NCBI GenBank assembly: GCA_951406725.2
Contig: OX597832.1
Span: 62,682,001-62,746,000 of the forward strand
Direction of reading: 5' to 3'
DNA from: Octopus vulgaris
Taxonomy: Eukaryota
Length of the DNA: 64,000 nucleotides
The notes below the pieces were generated by a model. That model ran no database searches. It was not told where the DNA came from and saw only the letters and a list, made by a program, of their open reading frames with translations. The translations under genes and the position numbers were made by a program. Below are positions 44,377-58,719 of the stretch, piece after piece (position 1 is the stretch's first letter; each line of letters starts with the position of its first letter).

Positions 44377-44925
44377 GATCAGTACAGTGGTTCTCATGAC
44401 TTCTGATGTTAACTGATTGGAAGTGTTATCATGTACATTGTTTTGTCTTGGTATAAAAAGATGGGCTACACCAAATATTCCGCTCACTACCATAGATTTG
44501 CTTGTCTGTTGTTTGACCTTAACCAGTTGAGCATGTCCCTCAGTGGCTGATGATATGTGCACCTCTAATCATGAGTAGAAGTAGTAGGAGTGTATTATAG
44601 CCATGTGTTGAGAGGATTTCTTTGGAGTTTGGATAATTCACTTTTGGAAATATGGGTGTTTCGTTCAACATCCTTAAACAACCCTTATTCACGGATCTTT
44701 TGAGCGGAATGGGCTACTCGACCTGAAGAAATTTCTAATTGTGCCCTATATGCAAGGTCATACGCTGTTTACCTTGATATGATATCACCATATCATGCAC
44801 ATATGGTAGTGATGCATGTGCCTGGTGTGCCCGTATCAGACAGGTAATCAAGATGAGTATACTGGGCTTCGTATATGTTACCCCAGTGTCACTTTGATGC
44901 ATTTTGATGCACTGCTCTCTCACTC
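44377..44925. mobile_element. Unclassified ~550 bp TAA-flanked element (copy 2), directly 3' of the Dong element
   Basis: Same sequence as 34741-35286, ending ctgctctctcactc-aataataat. Confidence 0.75.
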
Positions 44926-44977
<52 letters not shown>

Positions 44978-45170
44978 GTTTCAAATTTTGCCCCAAGGGA
45001 AGTAAATTTGGTGGGGGGAATGAGTCGATTACATCGACCCCAGTGTTCAACAGGTACATATTTTATCAACCCTGAAAAGATCAAAGGTAAACTCGACCTC
45101 GGTGGAATTTGAACTCAGAACGTAGCAATGGGCGAAATACCGCAAAGCATTTCTGGTAGTTTGCCACCTT
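44978..45170 (-). mobile_element. SINE family A
   Basis: Core and head match; TAA tract on the tail side. Confidence 0.75.
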
Positions 45171-45383
45171 TAGAAGAAGAAGAAGAAGAAGATGATGAAG
45201 AAGAAGGAGAAGAAGGAGGGGGAGGAGGAGGAGGAGGAGGAGGAGGAGGTGGTGGTGGTGGTGGTGGTGGTGGTGGTGGAAGAAGAAGAAGAAGAAGAAG
45301 AAGAAGAAGAAGAAGAAGAAGAAGAAGAAGAAGAAGAAGAAGAAGAAGAAGAAGAAGAACAACAACAACAACAACAACAACAA

Positions 45384-46720
45384 GAATTAAATGCTGCTAA
45401 TAGCATTGATGCGATCAGTTCTTTGGCCATACAAGTAACCATATATAGCTTTAGTGTCATTAAATCGAGTCTCACTAACATGCAAAATATCAATGGAAAG
45501 ATACGTAAAATCCTTCCTAGGTACCGAATGCACCATCCAAAATCAGATGTAGACTAGATTTATCTCAAAAGAAAAATATGTTGAAGAGGCCTGATACATC
45601 TCGAACAATTTTTCGAATCAGCAATAATAGGCCTTGAAACGTACCTTAATACAACGATTGATGTGCTCTTACGAACTGCACTGTAGCAAGAAGATTCCAA
45701 GCAAATTTCAGTCATGAAGCTTAGTCAGAAATTTAAAAAGTTTGTGGACCTACAATTTAACAATAAGAATGACCAGACACCCAAATACTGACAGACCTAC
45801 CATTGCTTCTGATTTAGAAATTAACAGTCAGAAAAACCAACGAGATCGAAATAGTGACAAACCTATCACTGATGCAAAAACATCAAACAAAGAGCAAAGA
45901 AGGTTTGCATGAATAATATCGAAGACAACCGGAAAGGTAAAACTCTGCATGAAAAATACGCTAACCACCTGTCCAAGCAAGATATTGATCAAAACGTAAC
46001 ACACCAATGGTGACATGGGACAGGTCTGAAGGGGGGAAACAGAAGGTTTTGTTATCGCAGCGCAAGATCAGAGCTTACATACTAGAAATTACCATGCAAA
46101 CGACCTTAAAGATGGATCTGACCCCCTCGTGCTGAATTCGCGAAAAATTCAAAAAGACAATTGATCATGTTATTTCTGGATGCCCAGTCCTCGCTGCAAG
46201 GAGTACCTCATAAGACATGACAGACTAGGGCAGTACATCCACTGGAGTGCTTGTAAGTACTACAAAATTAAATCCCATGATAAGTGGTTCAGGCACCATC
46301 CAGGGGAAGTAGTAAATGGCGAGGTTGTCACTATCCTTTGCAACTTGCCAATACAAACAGACAGAAAAATTGACTCCAATCGACCAGACATTATGATCAG
46401 CGACTACAACAGAGGAACTTATCTGTTAATAGATATGTCAGTCCCACAAGATCAAGTAAAGAATACGAAAAGCTTTCTCATTATAAAGATCTTCAAATTG
46501 ATATCACAAAAATGTGATACGATCATACCAGTAACAATTGGTGCGTTGGGAATGATAAAGAAGACAGCTGAGACGTATATTAAGCAACTCGCTGGTAACT
46601 CCAATCTCCGTGAATAAATGTGGTGATAATTTTAGCATGCATAGCAAAACAAAAGTGACCTTGCCACTCTTGGCCTCCGGAGGACGCCCGGTACTAAAGC
46701 AGCTGGAATAAAGTTATAAT
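45384..46720 (+). mobile_element. R4/Dong-like 3' third, decayed
   Basis: YRMHHPKSDVD*IYL, EGFVIAAQDQSLHTRNYHAN, EYLIRHDRLGQYIHW, SNRPDIMI..LLIDMSVP, IIPVTIGALGMIKK. Confidence 0.85.
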
Positions 46721-47534
46721 GAAAGGAAACCATAATAATTATAATAGCAATGATAATAATGATAGTGATAAACAGACTCGTAACTCTGCAGGAAAGTTTA
46801 AAATAATTGTATTACTAGCGATATTTGGCTAGATCCGATTAGAGCCTTTAACGTATTCAAAAGTTACGTCTCATAGAGATCATTTTGATGTTTCATACAT
46901 TCTAAGCCTAAATTCTTGTATTTACAGTAATTATACTGACAACTGGTTGTAAATATTGTTTCTGCTGTTTACCTCAGATTGCCAAAGTTCGAACCGCGAA
47001 GCTATCATCAGTCAGATTGACCAGCTGACTATACACAGGTGCATTGCGAAAGCTATACCAGAATATCGCTCAAATGGAGTTCTACAATTCTGTGCCCTCT
47101 GGACTGCGGTACTTTAACAAATCCAGTCCCTTGTTTCTTAATCCATTGTCCAGTTTAGTTTTCTGTATGTATATATATATGAAGTTTTTCTATATGAGCT
47201 TCCGTGTATGTGTATGTGTTTATGGTGTACATATCTGTGTCTATAGGAGGATGTGTATGTACCCGCGCGTGTTGTATGTATGTGTGCACGCTTGTCTGCG
47301 CGTGCGTATGTGTATTTAAGTTTACTTAAATTTACCAGCGCATGTTCATACAGTGAAACATGTAAAAAATAGTTCTGTGAACTGATCAACATTAAACAGA
47401 CTTGTATACATGTGTTGTGTAATGCGGCTAAGGTGAATATATAAATATACACGTACGTACATACCTGTATACAAACACAATTAAATACATACTTACATCA
47501 TTCGTAGATACACAAACACACATACATACAAACA

Positions 47535-47578
<44 letters not shown>

Positions 47579-47631
47579 AACATAAATCGCGTAGGTATGG
47601 TTAGAGACGCTGTTTTCTCGTCCCTCTCTTT

Positions 47632-47782
<151 letters not shown>

Positions 47783-47970
47783 ATATATATATATATATGG
47801 GTATAGATATAGGTATAGATATATATATATATACTTATATACATACATAGATATATATACATACACACACATATATATATGTATATGTGTATGTATATAT
47901 ATATATATGTGCATGTATATATATATTTATATATACATATATATATATATGTATGTATACATATTTATAT

Positions 47971-48027
<57 letters not shown>

Positions 48028-48224
48028 TGGAAGACCGAATGTGATAGATTAATAGTTATGCGTACATGCGCCCACGTAGAAACAACACACTTAGTTCCGG
48101 GCGTTCCGCAATGAACCAACTAGATTCTACGCTTAATACCACAAAAAGTCATCACAGTAAAATCACAACAAATGAGGAAATAAAATAACATAAAATAAAA
48201 GAAAATTAAAATAATAAAAGAGAA

Positions 48225-48269
<45 letters not shown>

Positions 48270-49222
48270 GTATATATATATATAAAGCCCAACAACATAA
48301 CATAATGCAACATCTCTTTAAGCCAGCGCTTCGAAAAGCTACATCCGGGTGAAAACAGATTATTTAATGGACGTATGTATGTCGCAAATATTTTCTTTGT
48401 TTTATTTTTCTAGATTTCTTTTTTTCTTTCTGTTTTGTTGTATTTTTGTCTTTGTTTTTTATTTTGTTTTCATATAAGAACAACTATCTGGACAGTATGA
48501 CATGTTGATACGTTAATGGCGACTGGAAGCTTTGCTAGTGTTAAGCTCTGGCGACATTCTAACAGAGTTCCACTTCGCTTAAAAACCTTTTAAGCTAATC
48601 TGTGTGTCGACAAGTAAAAACCCAAACTAAATAAACACAAGTCTTTCTCTCTCTTTCTCTCTTCTCTTCTCTTCTCATCTCATCTCATCTCATCTCATTT
48701 CGTCTCGTCTCCTCTCTTTTTCTCTCCATGGCAGACATATTTTTATCACCATGTTTGAGGGTATCGGTTGATTTCCGACTGTGAGTCGCCCGTCTATTTC
48801 TGTGTAACCGGTGTATATTGGTTGATAGACATTAATGAATGATGAATAATGAATAGACAGGAATTATATACATTCGTTCTGTGTATGCAAACAGCATACA
48901 CAGGCCTAAAATACGTTCACGCAAGCACAACACGAACAAATACACAAACACACACATGCAGAAATGTACGCATGGATACATACAAGGGTATATACACACA
49001 CAAACACACACAAACATACACATATACCCACATACATACACACACACATATATATATATTTATACACATAGGTGTATATATACACAAATATATATACCTA
49101 CAGATACAAATGTATATATATATGCGCACAAATATATTTAAATGAATAGGCATATATATACATATACATACATTCATATATATTTATACATATACATATA
49201 TATTATATCTGTAAATATATGT

Positions 49223-49278
<56 letters not shown>

Positions 49279-50211
49279 CCATTCACACGCGCTTACATAT
49301 ATATATATTTGTATCGGTGTGTCTGTGTGTCGGAGAAAGCGCATATGTGTCTTTTTGCATCTATCTATGTATGTGTTTCACATTTGTTGTGTGTATGTAT
49401 GTAAGAAATAGTTTCGAGTCTATGTATCTTTACAATAGATTAAGTTGTATTCATTTGTTCACGTTTGAAAGCCTTTACTAACATTTGCACTCAGGGGTGT
49501 ATGTTTGTGGATATAGAAGCGTAGATGTTATTGATAAGAAGGTGTCTATGCGTCGGTCTTCATATGAGGAGTGTGTGTGTGTGTATTGTTAATGTGAGAT
49601 GAGAGAGATAGACTGGCAAGGACAGAGAGGCCTTGCAGTCACATAGATAAAGAGAGACAGAGACGCAAGAACGAAATGATAAATCAATTACGAAAGAGTT
49701 ACACACGCACACAAGCACTCACGCACATACACAGACATATGCACACACATGCCTAAAGTCTTAGGGACGCCATCATGGCATATGAAGTGTTGTTGGAGGA
49801 GACCTACCTTCTCCAAATGTGACCAAAGTCGATCCGTTGTAGAAACGATATAGATAGACAGAAAGAAAGGAAGAGACAAAATAACGAAAAGGTTTGGACC
49901 CCAGTACATATCTGGTATTCTCTTATTGAGCCTGAAAGGATTTAAACGCAAAGTTGACCTCCACAGTCATAGAACTCAGACACCTTTAAACACGCGTACA
50001 AACACACGTACAAACGCACGTACAAACACACGCTTTGTATAAAATAAGTATTTCAATAATAACGCAAAGCCCGACATTTTCGAGGGTTAGTTTTATTTGA
50101 TTACATAGACCCTAGGGATTAACTGATACTTATTTTATCAATTCCGAAAGGGAACGCAAAGTCGTTTTGTCCGTTGTACTAAGGATTCTGCCAGCTCACC
50201 GCCTTATTTTG

Positions 50212-51238
50212 GGCAAAATAATGGAAATACCTTGTTAAACAGAATTTATTAAGGTGTTGGTCCTGTTTGACATCAGTCACGTCTTTAATACGTCTTGGAA
50301 CTGAGTCCTACAGATTCTGAACGGTTGCTAGGGAAATATTAAGCAACTCATCTAGAAAAGTCCGTTTTAGTTCATTCATCGACGATGGTGGATAGAAGTT
50401 GTTCTGCACTTGTTCTCGAAAATGACTCATGATTGAAATCTATTGATTGTGGGATCTAATCTAAGTCTTCTACTTCGCTTCAGAGTTCTTCGTACCAATT
50501 TTGAGTAATATTAGCCGTGGGAATCGGTGCTTTATGATCCTGCAAGCCTGCGCAAACTTCAAGAAACAATTCTCGTAACATAGGACAGATGTGATCTGCC
50601 AAAACAGTCAAATACCTCTTAGTGTTAACTCTGCCATGCAGAACGATTAAAAAGTCAAGAAAATTCCATGATAGGAAACAAAATCGTAGAGCTGAATTCT
50701 TTGAGCAGTCTCTAGACATAAACCTACCCCGAAATTGGGAAAAGAGATGAATGACAATTCATCAAAGATAACATTGTTTTGTTTAGCTATTGACCAATAT
50801 TATCATCGAGGTCCCATTTATTCCGCTTGCCAATAGTGGGGACCGGAGCGCTTTAGCAAGTGCGGCCATCTCAGGGGATCCAAATTTTAGATCATAACAA
50901 ACGGCTTTGACTGGCGCAAGTTTGGCAACATGAAAGTTTCAACGTTCGATGGTTTTTAAAATCAATATAGATCACTGTTTTACGACCTCTCTCTGTGAGA
51001 TTTGGTTACCTGCCAAACAAATGCTTGCAAAGTTAGTTTTATTTACTAATTCACCAGTTTTAGCGACCTCATTCCCAGAATTCTGTGGTTTAACAATTTG
51101 ACCTTTTTGAAAATCAGTTAGGTCACGCATTTTAACTTATTAAACATAAATATCCCCCAAAACAAAAACAAAAAACGACGAGTATAGCATGAATTTCGTT
51201 GCATACCTAATGAATATGGACAGTTCTATATTTGACAC
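50212..51238 (-). mobile_element. Tc1-like transposon relic
   Basis: Minus strand MRDLTDFQKGQIV start near 51130; DDE segment LHGRVNTKRYLTVLADH..LQDHKAPIPTANITQNWYEE; multiple frameshifts. Confidence 0.8.
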
Positions 51239-51260
51239 ATGTGTGTGTGAGTGTGTGTGT

Positions 51261-51307
<47 letters not shown>

Positions 51308-51536
51308 TGTGTGTGCGTGCGTGCGTCTGTTTTTATGTTTAGTTAAAATTACAGCAATTTTACATGAATCTGATCACTCCATACTTTTGTAGGGTACAAA
51401 TCTATTTTCCTTCAAGAACAATAGTATTGGTAGTGACTTCGAAGTTTCGGCCACCCAAGCCGCCTTCGGACATATATATAACATATATACCGTATATTGA
51501 ATATATAATGTATATAATGTACTTATATTAATGTAT

Positions 51537-51588
<52 letters not shown>

Positions 51589-51829
51589 TACATATATACA
51601 TATATACATATATACCTCGCCATGTCGCGTTTTACTTATCGCGGTTTATTATTTAAGCTTACACTGATTCCTCTGTGGTGTTGTTTTGCATTTATACTAA
51701 AATAGATATATACAAATTACAAAAATAATTTTAAAAGTATATAGTACTGTTTCTACCTGGCGGATTTTCCCCTATCGCAGAGGGGTGGGTTGGAACGTAA
51801 CACCTGCGATAGTCGAGAGATTACTGTGT

Positions 51830-51895
<66 letters not shown>

Positions 51896-51983
51896 ATTTC
51901 ATACACACACATACGCAAACAAACTCACTTACAGGCATACATAAACGCGCGCGCATATATATATATATATATACATGTGTATA

Positions 51984-52047
<64 letters not shown>

Positions 52048-52048
52048 C

Positions 52049-52370
52049 ATATTGTTATATTTCGGAATGGTCATTTTGCCAGTTTAGCCAATAAAAACAC
52101 ACGCACTATATATTTGGTGTTACTTTGCTTCAGTGTTATTTATTTGTATACAAAATGGCTGACGGTAGTAAGGAGAGACACAAGTAAGTAAGAAGAAGAC
52201 AAAGGACCACTGATGCGGTCACAGGAGTGTGACGAAAGAACTCTGGCCGAAATAAGATTAAGATTAATGTAAAAAATAAATAACACTGAAGCAAAGTAAC
52301 ACCAAATATATAGTGCGTGTGTTTTTATTGGCTAAACTGGCAAAATGACCATTCCGAAATATAACAATAT
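52049..52370. repeat. 97 bp inverted repeat with 128 bp spacer (probable Penelope-like remnant)
   Basis: 52049-52145 is the reverse complement of 52274-52370 with no mismatch seen. Confidence 0.9.
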
Positions 52371-52424
52371 CTGTTTCAACACACGACTTCACATAAAAAA
52401 TCTTGCACAACAAATATTTAAATG

Positions 52425-52514
<90 letters not shown>

Positions 52515-52930
52515 TGTATGTATGTATGTATGTATGTATGTATGTATATGCACGCTCATATGTGTATGTGTATTGATACTCGTAAATTTATACTAAGGAA
52601 TATCGTTGGTGATGAGAGTGAGTAATATATTTTTACTTTCAGTTTGAAACAGGATCTTGTACACGGTTAACCAAAGGTTTAATTCATTATCTTTCTTTTG
52701 CTCACCAACAATCCAGTGTGTTATTGTCGGAGATTTTAAAGTGGTAATAGCGTCGTTTGGCGTCTATTTTTTCCAGCGGGTAGAAACGCTTTTAGCCAAT
52801 TCCTTGTTATAATTATGTATATAATTATTAAAATATTTGTATAAGGTTTTTATTGCCGCACTGACACCGTGATAAAATCGTTAATGATTTTTACCCTTTA
52901 TCATAATATATATAAATATATATATATATC

Positions 52931-53270
52931 TATATATATAAAATTAGAAAAAAAAAACTTTTATCAATTCAAAATGAACAATTAAATTACACCATCTAGA
53001 AAATTACATGTAATAGAAATATTAAAATTAGAATAACAATAAAATACCAATGATTAAGTAAATTGCAAAAAAATAATAAAAACGTATATAATTGGTAGAA
53101 TAACAATTATATACGTTTTTATTATATTTTTTGCAATTTACTTAATCATTCGTATTTTATTGGTATTTTAATTTTAATATTTCTATTACATGTAATTTTC
53201 TAGATGGTGTAATTTAATTGTTCATTTTGAATTGATAAAAGGTGTTTTTTTCAAATTTTATATATATATA
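52931..53270. repeat. AT-rich ~165 bp-arm palindrome, 9 bp spacer
   Basis: 52931-53094 versus 53104-53270, few mismatches. Confidence 0.9.
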
Positions 53271-54201
53271 TTATATTGTGTGAAATTTGATTTAGTATTT
53301 CTAAATTGAATTGTTTCCTGTAAGTTAGGATTAATATTCCCTCAAATAAGTATTATATATATATATATATATATATATGCGCGCGCGCGTGTGTGTATGT
53401 ATGGTTGTATCTGAGCATGTTTGCATATGTGTTTATGACCATGTGTGTGTTTATACACGTATGGTATGTACATATTGTGCGTACACATATATTTTGGTAT
53501 ACACTCTATAAATTGCTATCTGAGGATGCTTTGGTGGCTATTTCTAAACATTGACTAAGCATCCTAGTTCTGCAAAACAGAATACAACTATGCAAACCAA
53601 AATATAATCTCAGCTGCGACATTCAAAATCGTGTTCTGTGTGTCCAATCAGTAATAGACAGATGATAACCCTTTCGTTAAATCTAAGATAATCGGCTTAA
53701 CTCTGCATTTAGTTAAAACTCTCAGTAAAATCAAACTTTCATTGGTCAGGCAAATATCCTTCACAAAGTGTAAAGGTCACCGACATAGCGTTATCGTTGA
53801 AAATCTTCGAAATGCACCAACATACACGCATACATACAAACATACTGATATACAATCATGCATGCATGCATCCATCCATACATCAATCTATACACATTCA
53901 ATACATACATACCATGTCTAGATATGCATGAGAATACGTACATGAAATAAAACATACGAATCTGCACGTATACATACATATATACATACATACATACATA
54001 CATACACACACCCTATTGATGTTGTTGAAATTCCAATGAAGGAGCCTTGAATCTACGTTAGAAACCGGCTCTTCTCTATTAGCAAAAATTCGTGAAAGAG
54101 AACTGAATAATGACATACATACATACATACATACATACGTATGTAGGTTTATACATATGTATGCCCACACAAACACAACCGACACATTCGCAGATAGATA
54201 A

Positions 54202-54348
<147 letters not shown>

Positions 54349-54423
54349 GGATAGATAGATAGATAGATAGTGTGAGAGAGAGAGAGAGAGAGAAAGAAAG
54401 AAAGAAAGAAAGAAAGAGAGAGG

Positions 54424-55200
54424 TTTCTTTATTAGCCACACAGGGCCGAACGCAGAGGAGACAAAATACAATGTAGAGCTTTTCATTTTGAAAAAAAAAG
54501 GAGTAAAATAAAATTCCGATCAAAAGGGATCGTGAAAAAAAAAGGAAGGAAGAGAAAAAGGAAAAAAGAGGAAAAAACCGCGTATCAAAAGGAATTGTGT
54601 ATCACAGAAAATATCATAAATCTAAAAAAAACAGGACCACGGTAACCAAGGGCAATAATAACATACAAAGACACATTACAGTAAATTACTCTCTTTTTTT
54701 CTTTGTTTTTCTGGTTCCTAGGATTATGCTCAAGGTGGCTCCGTCATTCACACGTACCATACTTGCTAGATTCACCCATCTTTTATTGAAACATTCGCTA
54801 GACAAAACTTCCTTCTCTACTCTCACCGTTTTCAAGTGATAGTTGAAGAAGTTGATGAGAGATTGATCAGAGAGGAAAGTGTTTGTCTCTAGGCTTTTCC
54901 GATGCGTCCACCATACACATTCTTTCGCCATAGCCACAAGTACGATGAAAATGGCTCTTTTCCGTTTAAAGGAAAGAGGTGCGACAATATTGACGATAGA
55001 CTCGGCTGATAAACCGACTCGGCTCACACACGATAGCAGTCGTTCGACATAAGCCCACAGGTCCGAAATGGTTGGACACGAGTGCGTGCAGAACGGTTTT
55101 GTCACTCTGGGCAGGTCGGTTCGATGATTTTCGAGCCATGCCTGTACAGCTTATCCCGAACGGGTAGCGCTTCTCGATAGCACAGCCATACCAGGCATCT
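54424..55200 (-). mobile_element. Tx1/L1-clade LINE, 5'-truncated 3' end (zf-RVT-like region plus 3'UTR), adjacent to (TC)/(TTTC) repeats
   Basis: WLCYREALPVRDKLYRHGS..PTCP, CPTISDLWAYVERLL, AMAKECVWW, FNKRWV; T-rich 3'UTR ending AATAAAGAAA. Confidence 0.8.
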
Positions 55201-55279
55201 CTTGTTTAATTCATTTCGCCTTTTTTGCATAGCACCCACAAACTGGAATAACTTCGAATAACGGAGACAAGACTCCATA

Positions 55280-55740
55280 TTTCGGGGTCGATAAAATAAG
55301 TAGCAGTTGACTACTGGGGGAGGGCAATGTAATCGACTTAATCCCCACCCCCGAATTTGTCGGCTTTCTGTCAAAATTTGAACCCAATATCATATCGGCC
55401 TTGATGGCGGGGAATAGACAGGTGTGCCGTTGCGCAGAACAGTAGGTTTGGTATGTCCTCCGGCTTTTTACGTTCTGATTTGAAATTTCAGCGATATTGA
55501 CTCTGCCTTTCATTCTTTCGAGATCGATAAAATAAGTACCTGTTGAACACTAGGATCGATGTAATTGAAATTTTCCCCTAAATCTAAAATTCCTGACCAA
55601 GTGCTAAAATTAAAAAGAATTATAATGTTCTTAATGTCATCGCATTGGCAGAGTCGTTAGCACACCGGACGTAGTGCTTAGCGGTACTTCATCCTACTGC
55701 TAACATTCAAATTGCCACTGACGTTGACCTTGCCATTCGC
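55280..55740 (+). mobile_element. Family A SINE fragments
   Basis: Two core matches (ttcggggtcgataaaataag; cctttcattctttcgagatcgataaa) and a head fragment. Confidence 0.65.
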
Positions 55741-56046
55741 TCTTGCCGTCTGCCCACTCAGATTGCTAATAGTAGATAGTATATGTGGTCGAACTTCTGG
55801 AATATTCATCGTCGCAACTGACGTAGGATCGGCCTTTCGGTAAATTCTAGGTTTAACGGAATTCAATTAAGTTGTTTTGCTTTGTAAGTATTCGATTGTT
55901 CTGTTTCATTTTAAGATATATATGCCCACGTGTGTAGGTGTATAAATATACATACATACATTCATATATATAAATATATATATATACATACACATACATA
56001 TATTCACGTGGATATATGTATATATATATATTGTATATATAAATAC

Positions 56047-56099
<53 letters not shown>

Positions 56100-56584
56100 C
56101 GTATATATATATATAAATATATATATACATACACACATATGTGTGTAAATCTATGTATCTACGTAAATATATTGTATATGTTAGTTTGTTTGTATGTATA
56201 TGCTTCTGTACGTGTTTCGTGTATATGTGTGTATGTAAATTGTATAAAGTATGAATTAGGTGTTGTTCTGTTGTTTTTTTCGCTTGTTTTTTTTTTAGTT
56301 TTCGAATTTACAAAACCATTTGAAGTTTTTGGTACATGTTTAAGTTAAAACACTTTTAAAGTAATTTTATACATATGTGGCTTTACCTCCCTTTCTTATT
56401 AATAGTTTGTCAAATGCAGAGAAAGGCAACCGCAAGAACATATACATATAGTAAAAATATATTTATATAAACGTATATATAAATATATATAAATATATAT
56501 ATATACATATATATATGTATATATATATACATATATATGTATACACCTATATGTATATACACAGACACATATATATACATACAT

Positions 56585-56651
<67 letters not shown>

Positions 56652-58260
56652 CACCCCCACCACACACACAAATTATACTCACTTCCATTGCCACCTATAA
56701 AACAAAACATACGCGTACTGACATAAATGTAAATACGTAATTCCTATTCCCTTGTATTTACGCATGCGTTGGGTTATGTTCTCAAAATTTGCCGATTTCG
56801 CATCCTAAGTTTTAATGGCGGTTACTTCGCCTGGATCGTTTTGTTTTACCTTGTTGTATTTTGGATATTTTAAATTTTAGTTTTACGTTTTTCGTCTTTT
56901 TTTTCTTCATCAGAAGCCGCGATCACTCATTAGAGATGGGACTAAGTGTCCATCACTGTTTGGTCTATGTGTTTGTTCGTGGCGGAAGGTTACAACAGTA
57001 AAAATTACTCCATCGGCGTGTGAGCATGTGAGGTTGTTAGTTTTGAAAGGTTTGTTTCGCTGGTAACGAATGACGTACCGGCAACCATTACATCCGCATA
57101 GTTTTGTTTCAGCGGACGAAAAACAAAAAAAAAAGGAAAAGAAAAACTGGATAAAAACCAACAAAGAAACAAATAACTTAGGAAACGACGGGTAATCGAT
57201 GGCGGAAAGTGGCGACTCGGAAAATAGTGATATAATGGTGAGAATTGTGCAGAATGACTGTCTGCATAGACGGATTTCAGATGTGTTCTTTCTTCCGGAC
57301 TATTAAACTAACAATCCATCTGTCACTCTGTTTGCCTTCATCTTTATTGTTTCAGCTGTTATTAGCTGTTAGGACCCCACCCTTCACGTTACATTATACT
57401 TTTCTAAAAGCGTTTTCTACCCCTAACGACTCTCTCATTTGCACACATACATACACACACACACACACATATGTTTCTCCTTCATTCTCTCTTTTCTTTT
57501 TATTTATCTGTCCTTCATATATCTTTACATCTCTATCTAACCTAACTCGATTTCCAAATCTCTTTTTATTTCTCAGTCTGAATCACGCTTACAAATTTCC
57601 TTTTAACAAAGCAAACTATTCCGGTGTCTCTTCATCCTTCTTCTCCTCCTCTTACTCCTCCAATTCCTCCTCTGTTTTCTACTCCTACTCCTCCATCACC
57701 TCCTGATCCACCTCCACTTCCTTACTTGACTTCTACCATTTAATCCGGCTATTACTATTTCAACTTTCCCTTTCTGTTTCATCAAACCGTTTTGTTTCCT
57801 TTTATATCATTATAGTCTGTTTTTTTTTCTTCTATGAATCAAAATGACTGGTTGTTACGGCACTAAACTACATACATATATGTTCCAAGTTCAAATCTGG
57901 GTAGATATTTTAGCAGAATTTCTAAAATATAGTAAGCTTAATTTAGTATATATTCCAAGTCTCTTTCTTTTTCTTATTTATGACTTGTCACAGAAGCTTC
58001 TAAATTGATTTCCTTTTCTGAAGACGAAAGCAAACTGTATAACATACCGCCTTTTGAAAAGTATTAAATGAGGAAGAGAAAAGAAATAAGATGATGATTC
58101 TAGCGAAAATAGTTTACAGTAAATATGTTATAGTAAATATGAACTATTCAGACAATTGGATCAATATATTGGGCTGTGACCTCTCCAGTTTGTGTGGCAT
58201 TGGGTCTATGTATAACATAATTACTTTTGATTGAATCTTTGCTGAAACGCATACACAGAC

Positions 58261-58294
<34 letters not shown>

Positions 58295-58299
58295 TTGTT

Positions 58300-58353
<54 letters not shown>

Positions 58354-58457
58354 TATATATATACAAGCATATGTGCATATTAACAGCAAACACAAGATCA
58401 TAGAGACATATGTATGTATACATATAAATATATATTTACATGTATATATGAGTGTGG

Positions 58458-58499
<42 letters not shown>

Positions 58500-58529
58500 G
58501 ATTCCTTTCGTTTTTTTCCTCCAAGTAAG

Positions 58530-58599
<70 letters not shown>

Positions 58600-58719
58600 A
58601 GATAGATAGATAGATAGATAGATATATAGATAGATAGATAAGTACATACATACATCAGAAGGTGAAATTCTCTGTATAGAATGCATTTTGTAGTGCTCAA
58701 GGGATTTGTACTTGAGCAG

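Noticed and set aside
46981-47020. Hammerhead on minus strand (CTGATGA tagc..cgaac)
   Set aside because: Lacks GAAA and stem III.
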